A stretch of DNA of 64,000 nucleotides from Candidatus Thiodiazotropha sp. (GCA_023838465.1 JAIVEQ010000022.1:1428-65427), one strand, 5' to 3'; counted from the stretch's first letter, positions 1 to 12,240 are shown. Notes: generated by a model not told the origin, from the sequence alone. Translations and numbers: made by a program.

Positions 1-324
1 TATTTCCGATTCTGAATAACCGGTTAGTTCAGTAAATGCCCGATTGACCATACAGAGGACACCTTCCTTATCAGTTACCATAACACCTTCACGGGTGTTT
101 TCAAAAAGTGTCGCATAGAGACGCTGACGCGCCATCAGCTTGTCTCTCTCTGTGATATCTTTGGCAACCGCGAGGGAGTAGTCAGTCTCTTCGTGATGCA
201 GGTATTTGGCGTTCACTTCGATGGGGATTAGTGTACCGTCGCGCTTACGGTGTGTAGTACGCAGTGTCAGGCTGCCTTCAGTTTTTAGGCGGGTCTGAAT
301 CTCTTTCAGCAATATGGCAGTCAT
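1..324 (-). CDS. PAS/PAC-domain signalling protein, partial (runs off the left edge; 5' end disrupted, see findings)
   Basis: Own translation from ATG 324 is open to position 1: MTAILLKEIQTRLKTEGSLTLRTTHRKRDGTLIPIEVNAKYLHHEETDYSLAVAKDITER (PAC motif), then LFENTREGVMVTDKEGVLCMVNRAFTELTGYSESEI (start of the next PAS). Not in the ORF track. Confidence 0.75.
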   Translation of the reverse strand, partial: MTAILLKEIQTRLKTEGSLTLRTTHRKRDGTLIPIEVNAKYLHHEETDYSLAVAKDITERDKLMARQRLYATLFENTREGVMVTDKEGVLCMVNRAFTELTGYSESEI

Positions 325-386
325 GTTCTGGTATGCTTATTGACAGACTAGAGTGGGGTGTGAGTAACTGATGGTTCGCAGGCTTG

Positions 387-2351
387 TCATGATGGCTCAC
401 CTTGAAATGAAGATTCAGTTTTCTTTGTTAACCAATTCATTAATATCGAGGCGACTTTTCGGATTTCATAGGGTTTACCGATAAAGTCATCCATACCGGC
501 TTCTTTACAGCGAATCGGGTTTTCTTCAGAAACGAAAGCAGTGCATGCAATGATGGGTAAGTGTGAACCATTGTTGAGTGCCTGCTCTTGTTGACGAATC
601 CGGCTGGCAGTTTGATACCCGTCGAGAATGGGCATCTCACAATCGAGTAACAGCAGATCGAAATCCTCTGACTGTAAGAGATCAAGGGTTTCCAGACCGT
701 TTTCTGCAACCCTGTAGTGGCAGCCAAGACTATCGAGCATGGCGGTGGCAAGCTCGATATTGATCGGATTATCTTCCGCCAGCAACACCTTTCCTCCCAA
801 TTGAGGCAGTGGCTCTTTATTATCAGTTTCAATATTTGAAAGGTGGCTGCTGACTTTTTTATCTGTCAATTGGAATGGGATTTCGAACCAGAACAGCGTG
901 CCGCCCCCGCTCCCCTGAGAAAGACCGATTTTACCACCCATCAAGGCAATCAACTCCTTGCTGATGGTCAGGCCCAAACCATGTCCGCTACTACCTTGAC
1001 CAAACTCGTTTGATGCTTGCGAAAAGCAGTCAAAAATGGATTGGTCTTCACCAACCGGTATCCCTTGACCTGTATCTTCGATCTCAAATCGGATTAGACA
1101 ACCATTCTGTGTCATTTTTTGCATCTGTAATGCACGAAAAATGACAGACCCCTGGTCTGTGAATTTGATTGCATTGCCAATCAGATTGATCAGCACTTGT
1201 CGTACACGGGCACTGTCACCAACAATGTGAGTAGGGATTATTTCATCGACACTGTGTTCTATATGCAACCCCTTCAAGGCGCCCTGGGAAAGAAAGAGAT
1301 GGTGTAGTTCATCCATCAGGCCGGATAAGTCGAAATCATTCTCTATCAAACGCATCTTGCCTGCTTCAATTTTTGACATATCCAGTAGATCAGTGATGAG
1401 TTCCAGCAACGATTTTCCGGAGCTCTGTATGATCTCTGCATAACGCTTCTGGGTTTGACCGAGTTCGCTATTGAGCAACAGCTCGGTCATCCCTAGAACA
1501 CCGTTCATTGGCGTCCTGATCTCGTGAGACATCTTGGCCAGGAATTGTGACTTGGCCCGGTTGGCCGATTCAGCTGTCTCTTTTGCCTGGGTAAGTTCAC
1601 GGGTTTTCTCCTCAACCAGCTCTTCCAGATGATAACGATGCCTCTCCAACTCTGTCTGGATACTCGACCGTTCACTGATCTCCTGCCTGAGACCCAGGTT
1701 GAGACGTTCCATCTCATTGGATGCCTTCTGTAATTTGTTAATCAGATCCAGGTTTTCGAATCTCAGGGCGAGGCTTTCGATAAGGGATCGGTGGGTATAG
1801 CGAGCAATCATCATCATCATCAGGGTGTAGGCCAAGACACCGACCAGTAACCCGTCAGGGAGATCCATATCGACGAACAGATAGCGTATTGCGAGAGTGA
1901 TTGGTGCGGGCAGACTGTAAGCGTAGACAGCGCCCATAAATATAGCCAGTACGCCACTGCCAGCTGCAACTACACCTGCGATGACGATAAGGACAAAGGC
2001 TTGATAGACAATCTCTTGCGGGTAGAGGGGAAGTAGCAACATCGCCCAACCAGTACCGGTCATGGCTGTGGCTAGAGTATAGAGATACATCCAGCTTGGA
2101 TGATCGACTGCTAACCACTTATTTCGACCTCGTAAGATGATCAGCAGTAACCGAAAACCGACTGTAGTTATCATGTAGACAAGCCATATTGCAGCAACCT
2201 TGGGTGGCGCCTTGTCCCAGAGAATTATCGCCACAACAGCCGATATGATAACCACTGTCAGGTTGGCTGGAATACCACTCCTGTACAACAGATCGAGTTG
2301 TTGCGGGAATATAGCTTTCAGTCTGCTATTGTTGACGTTCATCTCTGGCAT
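387..2351 (-). CDS. Membrane-bound hybrid sensor histidine kinase (multi-TM sensor, HisKA, HATPase, REC)
   Basis: About 5-6 N-terminal hydrophobic helices, H-box [16 protein letters not shown]-box [11 protein letters not shown]-boxes DTGQGI and GHGLGL, C-terminal receiver LLLDCEMP. Confidence 0.92.
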   Translation of the reverse strand: MPEMNVNNSRLKAIFPQQLDLLYRSGIPANLTVVIISAVVAIILWDKAPPKVAAIWLVYMITTVGFRLLLIILRGRNKWLAVDHPSWMYLYTLATAMTGTGWAMLLLPLYPQEIVYQAFVLIVIAGVVAAGSGVLAIFMGAVYAYSLPAPITLAIRYLFVDMDLPDGLLVGVLAYTLMMMMIARYTHRSLIESLALRFENLDLINKLQKASNEMERLNLGLRQEISERSSIQTELERHRYHLEELVEEKTRELTQAKETAESANRAKSQFLAKMSHEIRTPMNGVLGMTELLLNSELGQTQKRYAEIIQSSGKSLLELITDLLDMSKIEAGKMRLIENDFDLSGLMDELHHLFLSQGALKGLHIEHSVDEIIPTHIVGDSARVRQVLINLIGNAIKFTDQGSVIFRALQMQKMTQNGCLIRFEIEDTGQGIPVGEDQSIFDCFSQASNEFGQGSSGHGLGLTISKELIALMGGKIGLSQGSGGGTLFWFEIPFQLTDKKVSSHLSNIETDNKEPLPQLGGKVLLAEDNPINIELATAMLDSLGCHYRVAENGLETLDLLQSEDFDLLLLDCEMPILDGYQTASRIRQQEQALNNGSHLPIIACTAFVSEENPIRCKEAGMDDFIGKPYEIRKVASILMNWLTKKTESSFQGEPS

Positions 2352-2440
2352 AAAAGCTTGTTTAGGAAACCCGGGCTACCCTTCAAGATTTAACGGTTTC
2401 AGTGAGGAAAACTAAAGGCTACTAACCCTCTCTGTATTCA

Positions 2441-3559
2441 CTAATCCTGTGTTGCATGGCTTTTCTCAGAGAGGGTAGCAATCTCTTCCGGATGATCGGC
2501 ATATTTCAATGCAATCTGCAGGAATTCCTCCGAACACGCCTGAAAGGCATCGACCACATCCGGATCGAACTGGGTGCCCTTGCCCTCCAGAATGATCTCA
2601 ACTGCTTTGGCATGTGGGAAAGGAGGCTTGTAAACCCGCTTGCTAATCAGTGCATCGTAGACATCGGCAACCGCCATTAAACGACCGCAGATGGGTATCG
2701 CTTCACCTGCAATACCATGGGGATAACCCTTGCCATCCCAGCGTTCGTGATGTGTTTCCGCAATCTCCCGGGCAAAGCCGAGGAAGGAGTTGCCACCCAG
2801 CTTCTCTTCTGCAACCAATAGGGTATTGCGACCAAACAGGGTATGCTCTTTCATCTTCTCAAATTCCTGGTCGGTGAGCTTAGCCGGTTTACAGAGTATG
2901 CTGTCACTGATACCGACCTTGCCGATATCGTGAAGGGGTGCAGAAAGATAGAGCAGGTGGATGGTCTCTATATCGAGATAGTCACTGAATCGAGCATGAT
3001 CTTTAAGCGCCTCAGCTAATAGTTTCATATAGTTTTGAGTACGTTTGATGTGCCCGCCGGTTTCTGGATCACGGTATTCCGCCAGTGCACCCATAGCTTC
3101 TATTGTCGCTTCCTGGGTTAGCATTAGTTCCTGTGTACGTTCATGCACCAAGACTTCCAGATGATCCCGATGATGCTTCAGTTCAAGCTGATTATGCACA
3201 CGCGCCTGAACCAGGACCGGTTTAAATGGTTTAGCGATATAGTCTACTGCGCCTAATGCGAGTCCCTTCTCCTCATCCCCTTCATCTGACAGTGCAGTAA
3301 TAAAAATGACGGGAATCTGGGCAGTATTGGCATCATCTTTTAACCGTTTGCAGGTTTCATAGCCATCCATCTCAGGCATCATGATGTCCAGTAGAATCAG
3401 ATCGGGCTGTGGAGTTTCCTGTGCGATGGCCAAAGCCCGTATACCATTTTTAGCCGCGCGCACATGATATGTAGGTCGCAGGGTACTGCTGAGTACTTCA
3501 ATGTTAGCGGCTGTGTCATCCACGATAAGAATCGTGGGCTTGTTTTCAGATAGATTCAT
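2441..3559 (-). CDS. Response regulator with REC + HD-GYP phosphodiesterase domain (RpfG-like)
   Basis: REC (ILIVDD, LLDIMMP), LHDIGK and [11 protein letters not shown] motifs. Start placed at ATG 3559 behind SD AAGGAG. Confidence 0.92.
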   Translation of the reverse strand: MNLSENKPTILIVDDTAANIEVLSSTLRPTYHVRAAKNGIRALAIAQETPQPDLILLDIMMPEMDGYETCKRLKDDANTAQIPVIFITALSDEGDEEKGLALGAVDYIAKPFKPVLVQARVHNQLELKHHRDHLEVLVHERTQELMLTQEATIEAMGALAEYRDPETGGHIKRTQNYMKLLAEALKDHARFSDYLDIETIHLLYLSAPLHDIGKVGISDSILCKPAKLTDQEFEKMKEHTLFGRNTLLVAEEKLGGNSFLGFAREIAETHHERWDGKGYPHGIAGEAIPICGRLMAVADVYDALISKRVYKPPFPHAKAVEIILEGKGTQFDPDVVDAFQACSEEFLQIALKYADHPEEIATLSEKSHATQD

Positions 3560-6500
3560 CAACTCCTTCCTCGACATTCGTCATCTCTTGACTGACACCC
3601 AGAGCAAAAGAGAGGTCCTTCAGCTCAGTGAGTGCCAGTTGAAAGTCGTAATCTTCCACCGCCATATTCAGTCCCATCCAGGCATCCTTAAGTGGCGAGT
3701 TTTTCAACTGTTCGCTTAGCGCATCCATGACATCGACTACGGCGGTGTCATCGTTCTGAAGCAATACTTCCAGTTGGCCCAGCAATGGCACCAATATTTC
3801 CTTATCCGGCATATTGGTAGCAACGGTTATCGATGAATCTTCGCTGTTCCTGAGTTTGTTTATGACCGGGATGAGGCAGCGCTCAACTGCTTGCAGCATA
3901 ATGAGCAATTGCGCTTTGTCTGTTTGTTGACGACAGGCCGATTCCAGTTCCAGGGCCGCCTGTTGGAGGTGGAGTGCGCCAATACTCCCAGCTGAGCTTT
4001 TGAGCGAGTGGGCATGCCGGGTGGCAGTGGTGATGTCGTCTTCCCCCAAGGCATTTTGAAAGCGCTCAGGAAAAGTAGCCTCAGAGGAGAGAAAACGTTT
4101 CAGTATGCGCTTATAGAGTGCCTCATTGCCATTGCAGACGACCAGGCCTGCTACTCTGTCAATGAACAGGGATGCCCTATCCGGTTCTGTATCATCTGGT
4201 GACTCAACTGACTCCTTACGGACAGCAGGAATATACTTGATCAGTGCATTGTAGAGTTCATCCACTTTGATCGGTTTGGCGATGTGATCATTCATCCCCA
4301 CTTCCAAAGACATCTTGCGGTCGCTCGACATGGCATTGGCGGTCATTGCGATTATCGGTAGCCTATCATTTTCCATCTCTTCCTGGCTGCGGATTAACTG
4401 GGTAGCGGTATAACCATCCATAACCGGCATCTGTACATCCATCAGGACTGCATCGACTGTATTAGTTTCCAGCATCTTCAGTGCTTCTGCGCCATTTTTT
4501 GCGACCTGGACCTTGATGCCGATATTTGTTAACAGTTCCCAAGCCACTTCCCTGTTCAAGGAGTTGTCTTCCACCAGCAGCACTTTTGCTCCACGTAGTT
4601 TCAGCAGTTCTTGCTGATTGTCAGGTAGCGATACTTTACCAATCTCATCCAGTTTTCTTTTGTGATCGTGCAGGTGGTTGATTCCATCGAGGAGTGTGGA
4701 TGGACTGAGTGGCTTCGCGAGTACTTGGTCAGGTTTTATGGCTTGGCATTGGCTTAATAAGTCACTCGCCCCGTATGCGGTAAGCATGATGACTTTTGGG
4801 CGATGAGTCAGTGTCGGCTCTTTATGAATGGCTTCAAGCACCTCCAGACCATCCATACCCGGCATCTTCCAGTCGAGTATGACCATCCCGAAAGGCTTGT
4901 TTTGTGCTTGTGCCTTAAGCAACTCAATAAGTGCAGCGCCACCGCTGGCGCAGGCTTTGGTATGGAATCCTATCGACTCCATCATCTCCTGTTGTATTTG
5001 CCGTGAACTGTTATTGTCATCAACCACTAAAACAGGTAAGTCTAAAAGTGCATTGGGTTGGGTTTGCGGGAGCGCATTGGCGGATGCATCTTTAGCTAGA
5101 TTCACTGCAAAATAGAATCGACTGCCCTTCCCTGGGGAGCTTTCGGCTTGAAGCTCACCACCCATTGCGTTTACTAATCGTTGTGAGATCGCCAAGCCTA
5201 AGCCACTCCCGCCATAGCGACGGGTAATCGATCCATCAGCCTGGGTAAAGGCTTGGAAAAGACGACCTAATTGTTCGGTTTCGATCCCAATACCGGTATC
5301 GGTGATGGAGAATCCAAGTTGAACCTGGTCATGGTGTTGCTCTAGAATCTCTGCCTTGACGACAATTTCACCCTGTGCGGTGAATTTGACTGCATTACCC
5401 CCGAGATTGACAAGAATCTGCTGCAGCTTGACAGGGTCACCTAACAGCAGCGGAGGTATTCGCCGGTCGATATCGAAGATGAGCTCCAACTGCTTTTCTG
5501 TCGCCTTTTGACCAATCAGAATACTGAGATTATCAAAGATCGATTCGATGGAAAACGGGGTTTGCTCAAGTTCGAGACCTCCAGCTTCGATTCGGGAAAA
5601 GTCGAGAATGTCATTGATGATATTCAGTAATGATTGTGAGGATTGACGTACCTTTTCCATGTATCGCCGCTGCTTTGGTTCCATATTGTTGGCAAGTAGG
5701 GCGAGGTGTGTCATGCCGATAATAGAGTTCATTGGGGTACGTATTTCATGACTCATCGTGGCAAGGAATTCTGATTTTGCTTTACTTGCCCGCTCAGAGT
5801 TTTGTGCGGCGATCACCAGTTCGTGTGTGCGCTCTTCAACCTTTTTCTCCAAATCCAGATTGAGTTGGGCCAGTTTTTTGTTGGATCTGTCTATCAACTG
5901 TATGTTTGCTTCGACTTCAGAGGATCGTTGCTGCAGATTTTCTGCCATATCATTGATACCCCTTATCAGGGGCTTGAATTCCTGCTGAGTAATATTGGGT
6001 ATCCGGTAGTCGAGATTACCGTTGGAGAAGGTGGCTATTCCATCCTTAATCTGATTAACAGGCTTGGATATGGCACGAGAGACCCCAATTTGTGTGGCGA
6101 TTGTGATCAGCACACCCAATACACTGATCAGGATAAAGATTCTGCGTTTTTGCCAAATCTCATGTTCAACAAATAACTGCTGTTGGCTGAAGTGGCTCTC
6201 AATGAGTATTTCTGCTGCTTGCAGATCCTCTAGTAGATGGGACTTGATCGGTACCAGTTGTTCCAGGATGCTGAGCATATAGGAGCCTGAAGGATCCATC
6301 ATCTCATGCTCTTCCTGATATTGATGGATAGCAGCGCGGAAACGCCTCAGATTGAAAGAGACGTTGTTCAGCATTGCGCTAATCTTTTTGTATTCCGTGT
6401 TGTCTTTCGGTAGCTCATAGGCAGGGAGGTCTGAGAATACTTCAGTTAATTGCTTAAGATTGGATTGGGCCTGTTGCAGTGGAGATGAAATTTCTTTGTA

Positions 6501-7061
6501 TTCCAGTAACACTGTTTCGTGTTCAGCAATCAGCTGGGACTCTATTTCAATCAGTAATTGCAGTAAGACGGAGTGTGGGTCTGTTTGATTTTTAACTGTT
6601 AAAATGGCTGGAGGTAGCTTCTGCAACAGGACACGCAATTCATCAACCAGCTGAAGTTTTTGTTGAAGGGAGTTGTCCAAAAGTTTATCAGTGAGTGAAT
6701 CATCCGCCCTGTCTGTCAGGGCGCTGTTTAAGCGTAGATAGACTGCGTCGACTGGTTGACGATTTTGTGAATCGAAGCTGTTCAATACCTGTTTAAAATG
6801 CTCAAGGATACTATTGCTGCTGCCAGCCTCGAGTCTGGATTGTTGAGTGTAGAGTTGAAAATCACGTTCACTCCGGTTGATGATGGCAGCGATACGAGTA
6901 ATGTCGTGTAAGGATGTACCTCGGATTTCACTCATTATCTGGCCGTTATCCTGGATTTCCTTGATAAGACTCTGACCGAGCGTGATAACGATCAGTAGAA
7001 TGGATAGCAGACTCAAGGCACTGATACGAAACAGCACTTTGATAGAGGGAGCGATGATCAT
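3546..7061 (-). CDS. Hybrid sensor histidine kinase (TM-periplasmic domain-TM-HAMP-HisKA-HATPase-REC-REC-HPt)
   Basis: HAMP ([21 protein letters not shown]), H-box [15 protein letters not shown]-boxes DTGIGI and GGSGLGL, two receivers (LDWKMP, MDVQMP), HPt [13 protein letters not shown]. Confidence 0.92.
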   Translation of the reverse strand: MIIAPSIKVLFRISALSLLSILLIVITLGQSLIKEIQDNGQIMSEIRGTSLHDITRIAAIINRSERDFQLYTQQSRLEAGSSNSILEHFKQVLNSFDSQNRQPVDAVYLRLNSALTDRADDSLTDKLLDNSLQQKLQLVDELRVLLQKLPPAILTVKNQTDPHSVLLQLLIEIESQLIAEHETVLLEYKEISSPLQQAQSNLKQLTEVFSDLPAYELPKDNTEYKKISAMLNNVSFNLRRFRAAIHQYQEEHEMMDPSGSYMLSILEQLVPIKSHLLEDLQAAEILIESHFSQQQLFVEHEIWQKRRIFILISVLGVLITIATQIGVSRAISKPVNQIKDGIATFSNGNLDYRIPNITQQEFKPLIRGINDMAENLQQRSSEVEANIQLIDRSNKKLAQLNLDLEKKVEERTHELVIAAQNSERASKAKSEFLATMSHEIRTPMNSIIGMTHLALLANNMEPKQRRYMEKVRQSSQSLLNIINDILDFSRIEAGGLELEQTPFSIESIFDNLSILIGQKATEKQLELIFDIDRRIPPLLLGDPVKLQQILVNLGGNAVKFTAQGEIVVKAEILEQHHDQVQLGFSITDTGIGIETEQLGRLFQAFTQADGSITRRYGGSGLGLAISQRLVNAMGGELQAESSPGKGSRFYFAVNLAKDASANALPQTQPNALLDLPVLVVDDNNSSRQIQQEMMESIGFHTKACASGGAALIELLKAQAQNKPFGMVILDWKMPGMDGLEVLEAIHKEPTLTHRPKVIMLTAYGASDLLSQCQAIKPDQVLAKPLSPSTLLDGINHLHDHKRKLDEIGKVSLPDNQQELLKLRGAKVLLVEDNSLNREVAWELLTNIGIKVQVAKNGAEALKMLETNTVDAVLMDVQMPVMDGYTATQLIRSQEEMENDRLPIIAMTANAMSSDRKMSLEVGMNDHIAKPIKVDELYNALIKYIPAVRKESVESPDDTEPDRASLFIDRVAGLVVCNGNEALYKRILKRFLSSEATFPERFQNALGEDDITTATRHAHSLKSSAGSIGALHLQQAALELESACRQQTDKAQLLIMLQAVERCLIPVINKLRNSEDSSITVATNMPDKEILVPLLGQLEVLLQNDDTAVVDVMDALSEQLKNSPLKDAWMGLNMAVEDYDFQLALTELKDLSFALGVSQEMTNVEEGVDESI

Positions 7062-7065
7062 CTAT

Positions 7066-7929
7066 TCACTCGCTAAAGCCCAATTTCAGACTTTCACCAA
7101 TCTCACCACTACCGAACAGGGGAATCTCTATCTTGGGATCTGGGTCGCGACCGGCAATCTCGAAGCGGGAAACACCAAATTGATACGCCTCGCCAGGTTT
7201 GAAGATGACATCATCCCCATGACCAGTATTGAGTTTGCGCATGAACTCAACCCGCCAGACGCCCTCAGCCCAGACTCCTTTAGCAAGGATATCTGAGCGG
7301 CTTCCCTCAGGCTTCTGAATATTGTAGGCATGGGTCTGGTCACCGGTATGCTCCACCAGCATACGATTTTGATAAGCCGAATTGCCACTGTCACCTCGCC
7401 GGATCAGGTAGAATCTTGATCCGTTTTTAGACAGCAGCGGCAGAGACTTGGCTATCTTCCTAGCTGAATAGACCTGGAATTTATCATCGGCATAGCCGAC
7501 TGGATCAGTGCGTGCGGATTTCCAATACCAGATGTCAGCTTTGTAAGGGGTGGTGGCGCTGAGACTCAAATCAGTCTCCCGGGGTGAGATGGCCCATTTT
7601 AATACAAACGTATCTTCTCGCTGGGGCCCTTTTCCATAGAGTTCTATTTCCGGATTCCATTGCAGCGGCTTGTGCTCACGGTTTTCAGTGGCATCGGGAA
7701 AGACCGCCAACATGTAGATATGCTGTTTGTCATAACAGGCACGTAATTCGATATCGATGCCGGCAATAGCGTCTCGGGTTATTACTGGCTTGATTTCAGA
7801 CCACACTGGCTCATCAGCCATCCCGTCTATGGCAGGTGGCTGTGAAGTGGGAATGGCAAGAAGTGTCTGATCTGCCGCTAGAGGTAGACTGAGCAGCAGA
7901 AGTAATGTTGCAATTCTCTTCGAGTACAT
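7066..7929 (-). CDS. Secreted DOMON-like/ethylbenzene dehydrogenase-related (EB_dh-type) putative heme b-binding protein
   Basis: Signal peptide, PPAIDG..D..W, YD..HIYML..F.D, D.WYWK and G.W..G.WRVEF.RKL.TG..DD motifs typical of DOMON-like EB_dh domains. No CxxCH. Confidence 0.7.
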   Translation of the reverse strand: MYSKRIATLLLLLSLPLAADQTLLAIPTSQPPAIDGMADEPVWSEIKPVITRDAIAGIDIELRACYDKQHIYMLAVFPDATENREHKPLQWNPEIELYGKGPQREDTFVLKWAISPRETDLSLSATTPYKADIWYWKSARTDPVGYADDKFQVYSARKIAKSLPLLSKNGSRFYLIRRGDSGNSAYQNRMLVEHTGDQTHAYNIQKPEGSRSDILAKGVWAEGVWRVEFMRKLNTGHGDDVIFKPGEAYQFGVSRFEIAGRDPDPKIEIPLFGSGEIGESLKLGFSE

Positions 7930-8196
7930 GGCATTTGTTGAGTGCGGTATCTTTATTTTGAGGATTTCTATTACAGAAATTAGCGGCTGAATGTGTGCAT
8001 TCTTTACCCTACCAAAGCAGTTTTAGGTGGAATTTAAGGAATGCTATTCATCTATTAGCTGTGATTCAGTCGACAGAAACGTTTTTTTACACTTTTAATT
8101 CTCCCACAAAAAGAAGCAGGGTTTTCGGTTGTGGCTACATGGGTCGATAAATGATTTACCGGGATCTGTCTAAAAAAGTGTGAACTGCCATGAAAG

Positions 8197-9912
8197 TTAA
8201 TTTTGTAGTTGTTTGTGAAAAGGGCGATAACTTTCATCGCAGTAGCGGTTATATTCGAAATCTGCGACAAATGTGGCGAACTCACTGGCAGGTATTGCCG
8301 GAGAGAACAGAAAGCCCTGGATAACGTTACAATGATCCTGACTGATTTTCAGCAAATCCAGTTGCTGTCGATTTTCCACCCCTTCTGCAACAACCTTCAG
8401 GTTCAGGCTTTTCGCCATCGCGATTATTGCCAGTACCAGGGCTTTATCTTCACTGTTTACTGTCATATCGGCAATGAATGTCCGGTCAATCTTGAGAATA
8501 TCGACAGGAAATCGTTTCAGGTAGCTCAGAGAGGAATAGCCAGTGCCGAAATCATCGATGGCAACCCTTATTCCAAGATCCTTCATGAATAAGAGCCAGG
8601 CCAGTGACTCTGCAGTATTTTCCATGATTAGGCTCTCAGTGATTTCAAATATCAGTTTATGAGGAGGTGCATCTGTTTCGACAAGTATCTGCTTGATTGA
8701 AGTTGTTGTTCTGAGAACCCGAGGATTATCTCTGCTGCAGGATTGGCATCCAGAATTCTACCTTCGGTTGTGACAGTTACAATACCATCCGCTATTGATT
8801 CCAATATGGATCGTGTACGTGATTCATTGTGAGCAATGAGTGCCTGTTGGTGCGTGCGTTGGACACGTTGGTACGCGATCATATACAGGAAGATCAGCAA
8901 TAGCAGGAGTAGGGGGGCAGTTACAATGGTTAGATTCTGGGTAATTCTGGATTTAACTGCTTGTAATACGTTTGGATTAATTTGAAAGACAATTATCCAA
9001 GGATATCCTTTAGTGGTGATTATACGTGTTTGATCGGTTAATGTTTCCCTGGTTGTATCCTCTTTGAACGGTAGTGTGCTAAGTGCTGTTAATAAAACGT
9101 TAGCTGTTTCCCACTGTTTAAAGCTGACTTCTTGTATTTCCTGTCATTCGTCCGGTAATTCATTGGCCAGAGTTTGATTGTTCTCCAACATAAATCCCCA
9201 GCGCTTTTCCTGATCTGGATGGTATAGTCAGTAGCCCTCACTGTTGAGCAGCATCAACTTACTCTCGGTATCGACATGGAGCGCAGCATACCGTTGCAAC
9301 ATGGGTTCCGCCTGGTAGTTGATGACCAGAACCCCAATGCGTTCGTTATCGGTATTAAAGACAGGGGTGGAGAGCCGAATAGTTGGCTTGAATGGTTGTT
9401 CAATTTCCCCATGTTCTTTATTTAGGTCGAGTGGAGAAATATAAACCTCATTGAAGTTGAGGTGTCGAGCCTCATAGAAATAGTATCTTGATGATTTGTT
9501 TTGCAGGATGGATGAAAAGGCTACCTGCGTCTCCCCGGACTGGATGTTGATTCGTATTCGCTCCATGCCTGTATGGTCGAGAAAGCGAATCTGATCATAG
9601 TGGCTTTTAAATCGGCTGAAACCCAGAAAATTTTGGGTGAGCTCTCTCTCTAGATGGGTATTGTCTGCCCCCTTTGTCCATTCGCCGAATCCACTACTTA
9701 GACTGAGAATTAGGGTATCGGAAATAGGTTCGCTGAATATTCTGGTGAGTGTCTCTGAAGAGAGTTCAACATGAAGTGACTCCCGTAGTTGCAGTTGATC
9801 CAGGATGGTATCTACCCGCCACAGGTAGATGAGAAGAACAAAAAAAGAACAGACCACATACCCAGGAAATGGCTAGTCTAATGTAAGTTGTCGCGAGACT
9901 TTTTGTGGTCAT
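8197..9912 (-). pseudogene. Inactivated Cache-PAS-(deleted)-EAL c-di-GMP signalling protein
   Basis: Frameshift in a T7 run near 9840-9846, two in-frame TGA (9228-9230, 9144-9146), and an out-of-frame join near 8700 from the start of a PAS domain into the middle of an EAL domain (FEITES...AIDDFGTGYSSLSYL...LKID...VAEGVE...IQGFLFS). Confidence 0.85.
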
Positions 9913-10139
9913 TTGAGATGTACACAGGGATGTTGTTTCATCCCTGAGTCGGATTGACGCAGATTAAGTAGCATGCTTGTTAACTATCTATCGACAAACC
10001 AAGTTGTTTCTTTATCGATTTGAGAAAATGCAACACAGTTTGGAAATTTTCAAGATTCTTGATCCCAAATCCATGCTAAAGAAAATTGATGTTTCAATTA
10101 ACAAGATAAAACGTTTCTATTGCTCTGATAAGTCTGACT

Positions 10140-10982
10140 TTATGAGCGGCGTCTTGTCTTTCTTAGGTGTTTTTTGTTTCTCGCATTCCCTCTTGCCGCT
10201 TTGAAATAGTTACGCAGGCGTTCTGTAAGTGGCAGGTTACTCATGGGACAGCTACTTGTGATGGATGACGGTGGTTTTGGTATGTCGTTCCATGCCTCCA
10301 CAATCTGTCCATCAGCCAGTTTTATGAGGCGACTGGCTGCCTGCTTGACGTCCGGGTCATGGGATGAAATGAGAAAGGTTGTACCGAGTCGCTGATTGAG
10401 CTCCTGCATTAAATGAATCAGGTGCCTGCCTGTCATACTGTCGAGGTTTGCAGTAGGTTCGTCAGCGAGTATTAATTTTGGTTTGGATGCGAGAGCACGG
10501 GCAACCGCTACACGTTGCTGTTGTCCACCGGATAGTTGGTCCGGGCGACGATAACCGAGATGCCCTATCTCGACTTCCTGCAACCAGTGGTTCGCAATCT
10601 CCATACTCTCTTTCTTGCTCTTACCCTGGAGTTGGCAAACATAGGCGACATTTTCACGTGCGCTGAAAACACGAATGAGATTATAAGCCTGAAATATGAA
10701 TCCAATATTGTGTAGACGAAATTGAGTACGTTGGTCTTGGTTCATGCTGAGGATATTCTGACCCAGTACCTCAACCCTGCCGCTGTCTGTGGATTCTAAA
10801 GCGCCAACGATGTTTAGTAGGGTGCTTTTACCCGAACCTGAGCGTCCGGCCAATACCGCAAATTCCCCTGATTCGATCTCCAGATTTATCCCGTACAAGG
10901 CAGGAAAAGGCATAGTGCCGACCCAGTAGCATTTGTGCAGCTCCCGGGTCTTAATAACACTTTCGGCCGGTTGATTAAGCAT
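10140..10982 (-). CDS. ABC transporter ATP-binding protein (LolD/MacB-like)
   Basis: Walker [10 protein letters not shown], signature LSGGQQQR, Walker B ILADEPT, H-loop SSHD. Confidence 0.93.
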   Translation of the reverse strand: MLNQPAESVIKTRELHKCYWVGTMPFPALYGINLEIESGEFAVLAGRSGSGKSTLLNIVGALESTDSGRVEVLGQNILSMNQDQRTQFRLHNIGFIFQAYNLIRVFSARENVAYVCQLQGKSKKESMEIANHWLQEVEIGHLGYRRPDQLSGGQQQRVAVARALASKPKLILADEPTANLDSMTGRHLIHLMQELNQRLGTTFLISSHDPDVKQAASRLIKLADGQIVEAWNDIPKPPSSITSSCPMSNLPLTERLRNYFKAARGNARNKKHLRKTRRRS

Positions 10983-10989
10983 GAACTTC

Positions 10990-12240
10990 CTATTGAATAC
11001 GTAGTGCTTGGCTGAGCGATAGACGTGTAGCTTTCCATGCCGGATAAATGCCGGCTAACAGCGCCGCTGCCAGCGTGGCGCCCAAAATTTTAATCGCTGA
11101 ACTCTGTGTTAGTTGTGGGTGTATGACCGGATCCATGTAGAAAAACTCAAAGGCGTTCGCAAAGTGTGTCAGGTTAATTCCGCTGTCAGCCACAGAAAAG
11201 ACTAATAAGCTTCCCGCCAGGTAACCCAGAATGGCGCCGATAAAAATAAGCATCACAGCTTCCAGTAGAAGCATCAGAAAAACCTGGTACCGTTTAGTGC
11301 CGATAGCCACGATCACACCTAACTCTTTTTGACGTTCATGTAGGGAGATAAGCATGGTATTAAGAATTTCAATAAGTACCAGTATGATCACAACAAAAAG
11401 AATAACAAAACCGTAAGCATCACTGAACTCGAGCCATTGCCTGACCATTGGGTCCAACTCCTGCCATGGCATTATTTCGTACTTCAAGTCGGATAATTGT
11501 TGTACGAAGAGTCGATAAAGTACATCAGTGTTGTCATGATTATCTGCCCGAATAACAATATCAGTGATGGTCTGATCCATCTGTAGCCATTGTTGGGCGC
11601 TGTTGAGTGTAATAACAGCCAATGTGCGGTCTATCTGTGGTGCACCGGTCTCGAGTATCCCCCGCAGAAAAAAGACTTCAGAGACCATTTCACCATTCAG
11701 GCGCTGTGCCATCAGGATCACCCTGTCGCCCAGTTCTGCTCCCAGATTCTGTGCAATGGTACGGCCTAGTAGAAGATCATGGCTCATACCGGGTCTTAGC
11801 CAGATACCCTCCTTGATACCCTGGTCCATAGAGGTAACCCAAGTCTCCTGTTCTGGATCGGTCGCCATAATCTGAATACCAGCGCTACTGCCACTGACCG
11901 AAGCCAGGCCGGAAGTGCGTATACGCTGCGTCCAACCGATGATCTCGGGATAGCTTTGCATCAGCCTGGAGACCTCTTCCGGATCCTTAATCCGATCATT
12001 GAGATTTTGTGAGGTCTCAAAACCTTTGGCATGGATCTGTAGATGACCGGTATAGCTGAGAATGAAATTTGTCTTCATCTGACTCAGCCAGCCATCGTTT
12101 AAGGCACTCAATAAAGTCAATGTGGCGATACCGAATATCATGGTGATCAGTGTGATCAGTGTGCGGCGTCGATTACGCAATAGATTACGTGTTGCGAGTG
12201 ACAGGTAAGTGAACAAACCGAGATGATCAGATTCAGCCAT
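10990..12240 (-). CDS. ABC transporter permease, FtsX/LolE-like
   Basis: RNLLRNRRRTLIT N-terminus, large periplasmic domain, ISLHERQKELGVIVAIG motif, C-terminal GIYPAWKA. Start at ATG 12240 overlaps the upstream stop. Confidence 0.9.
   Translation of the reverse strand: MAESDHLGLFTYLSLATRNLLRNRRRTLITLITMIFGIATLTLLSALNDGWLSQMKTNFILSYTGHLQIHAKGFETSQNLNDRIKDPEEVSRLMQSYPEIIGWTQRIRTSGLASVSGSSAGIQIMATDPEQETWVTSMDQGIKEGIWLRPGMSHDLLLGRTIAQNLGAELGDRVILMAQRLNGEMVSEVFFLRGILETGAPQIDRTLAVITLNSAQQWLQMDQTITDIVIRADNHDNTDVLYRLFVQQLSDLKYEIMPWQELDPMVRQWLEFSDAYGFVILFVVIILVLIEILNTMLISLHERQKELGVIVAIGTKRYQVFLMLLLEAVMLIFIGAILGYLAGSLLVFSVADSGINLTHFANAFEFFYMDPVIHPQLTQSSAIKILGATLAAALLAGIYPAWKATRLSLSQALRIQ

Noticed and set aside
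9925-9946. 8-bp hairpin CAGGGATG/CATCCCTG upstream of the pseudogene
   Set aside because: It has no U-tract and no assignable function, so it is too weak to call alone.
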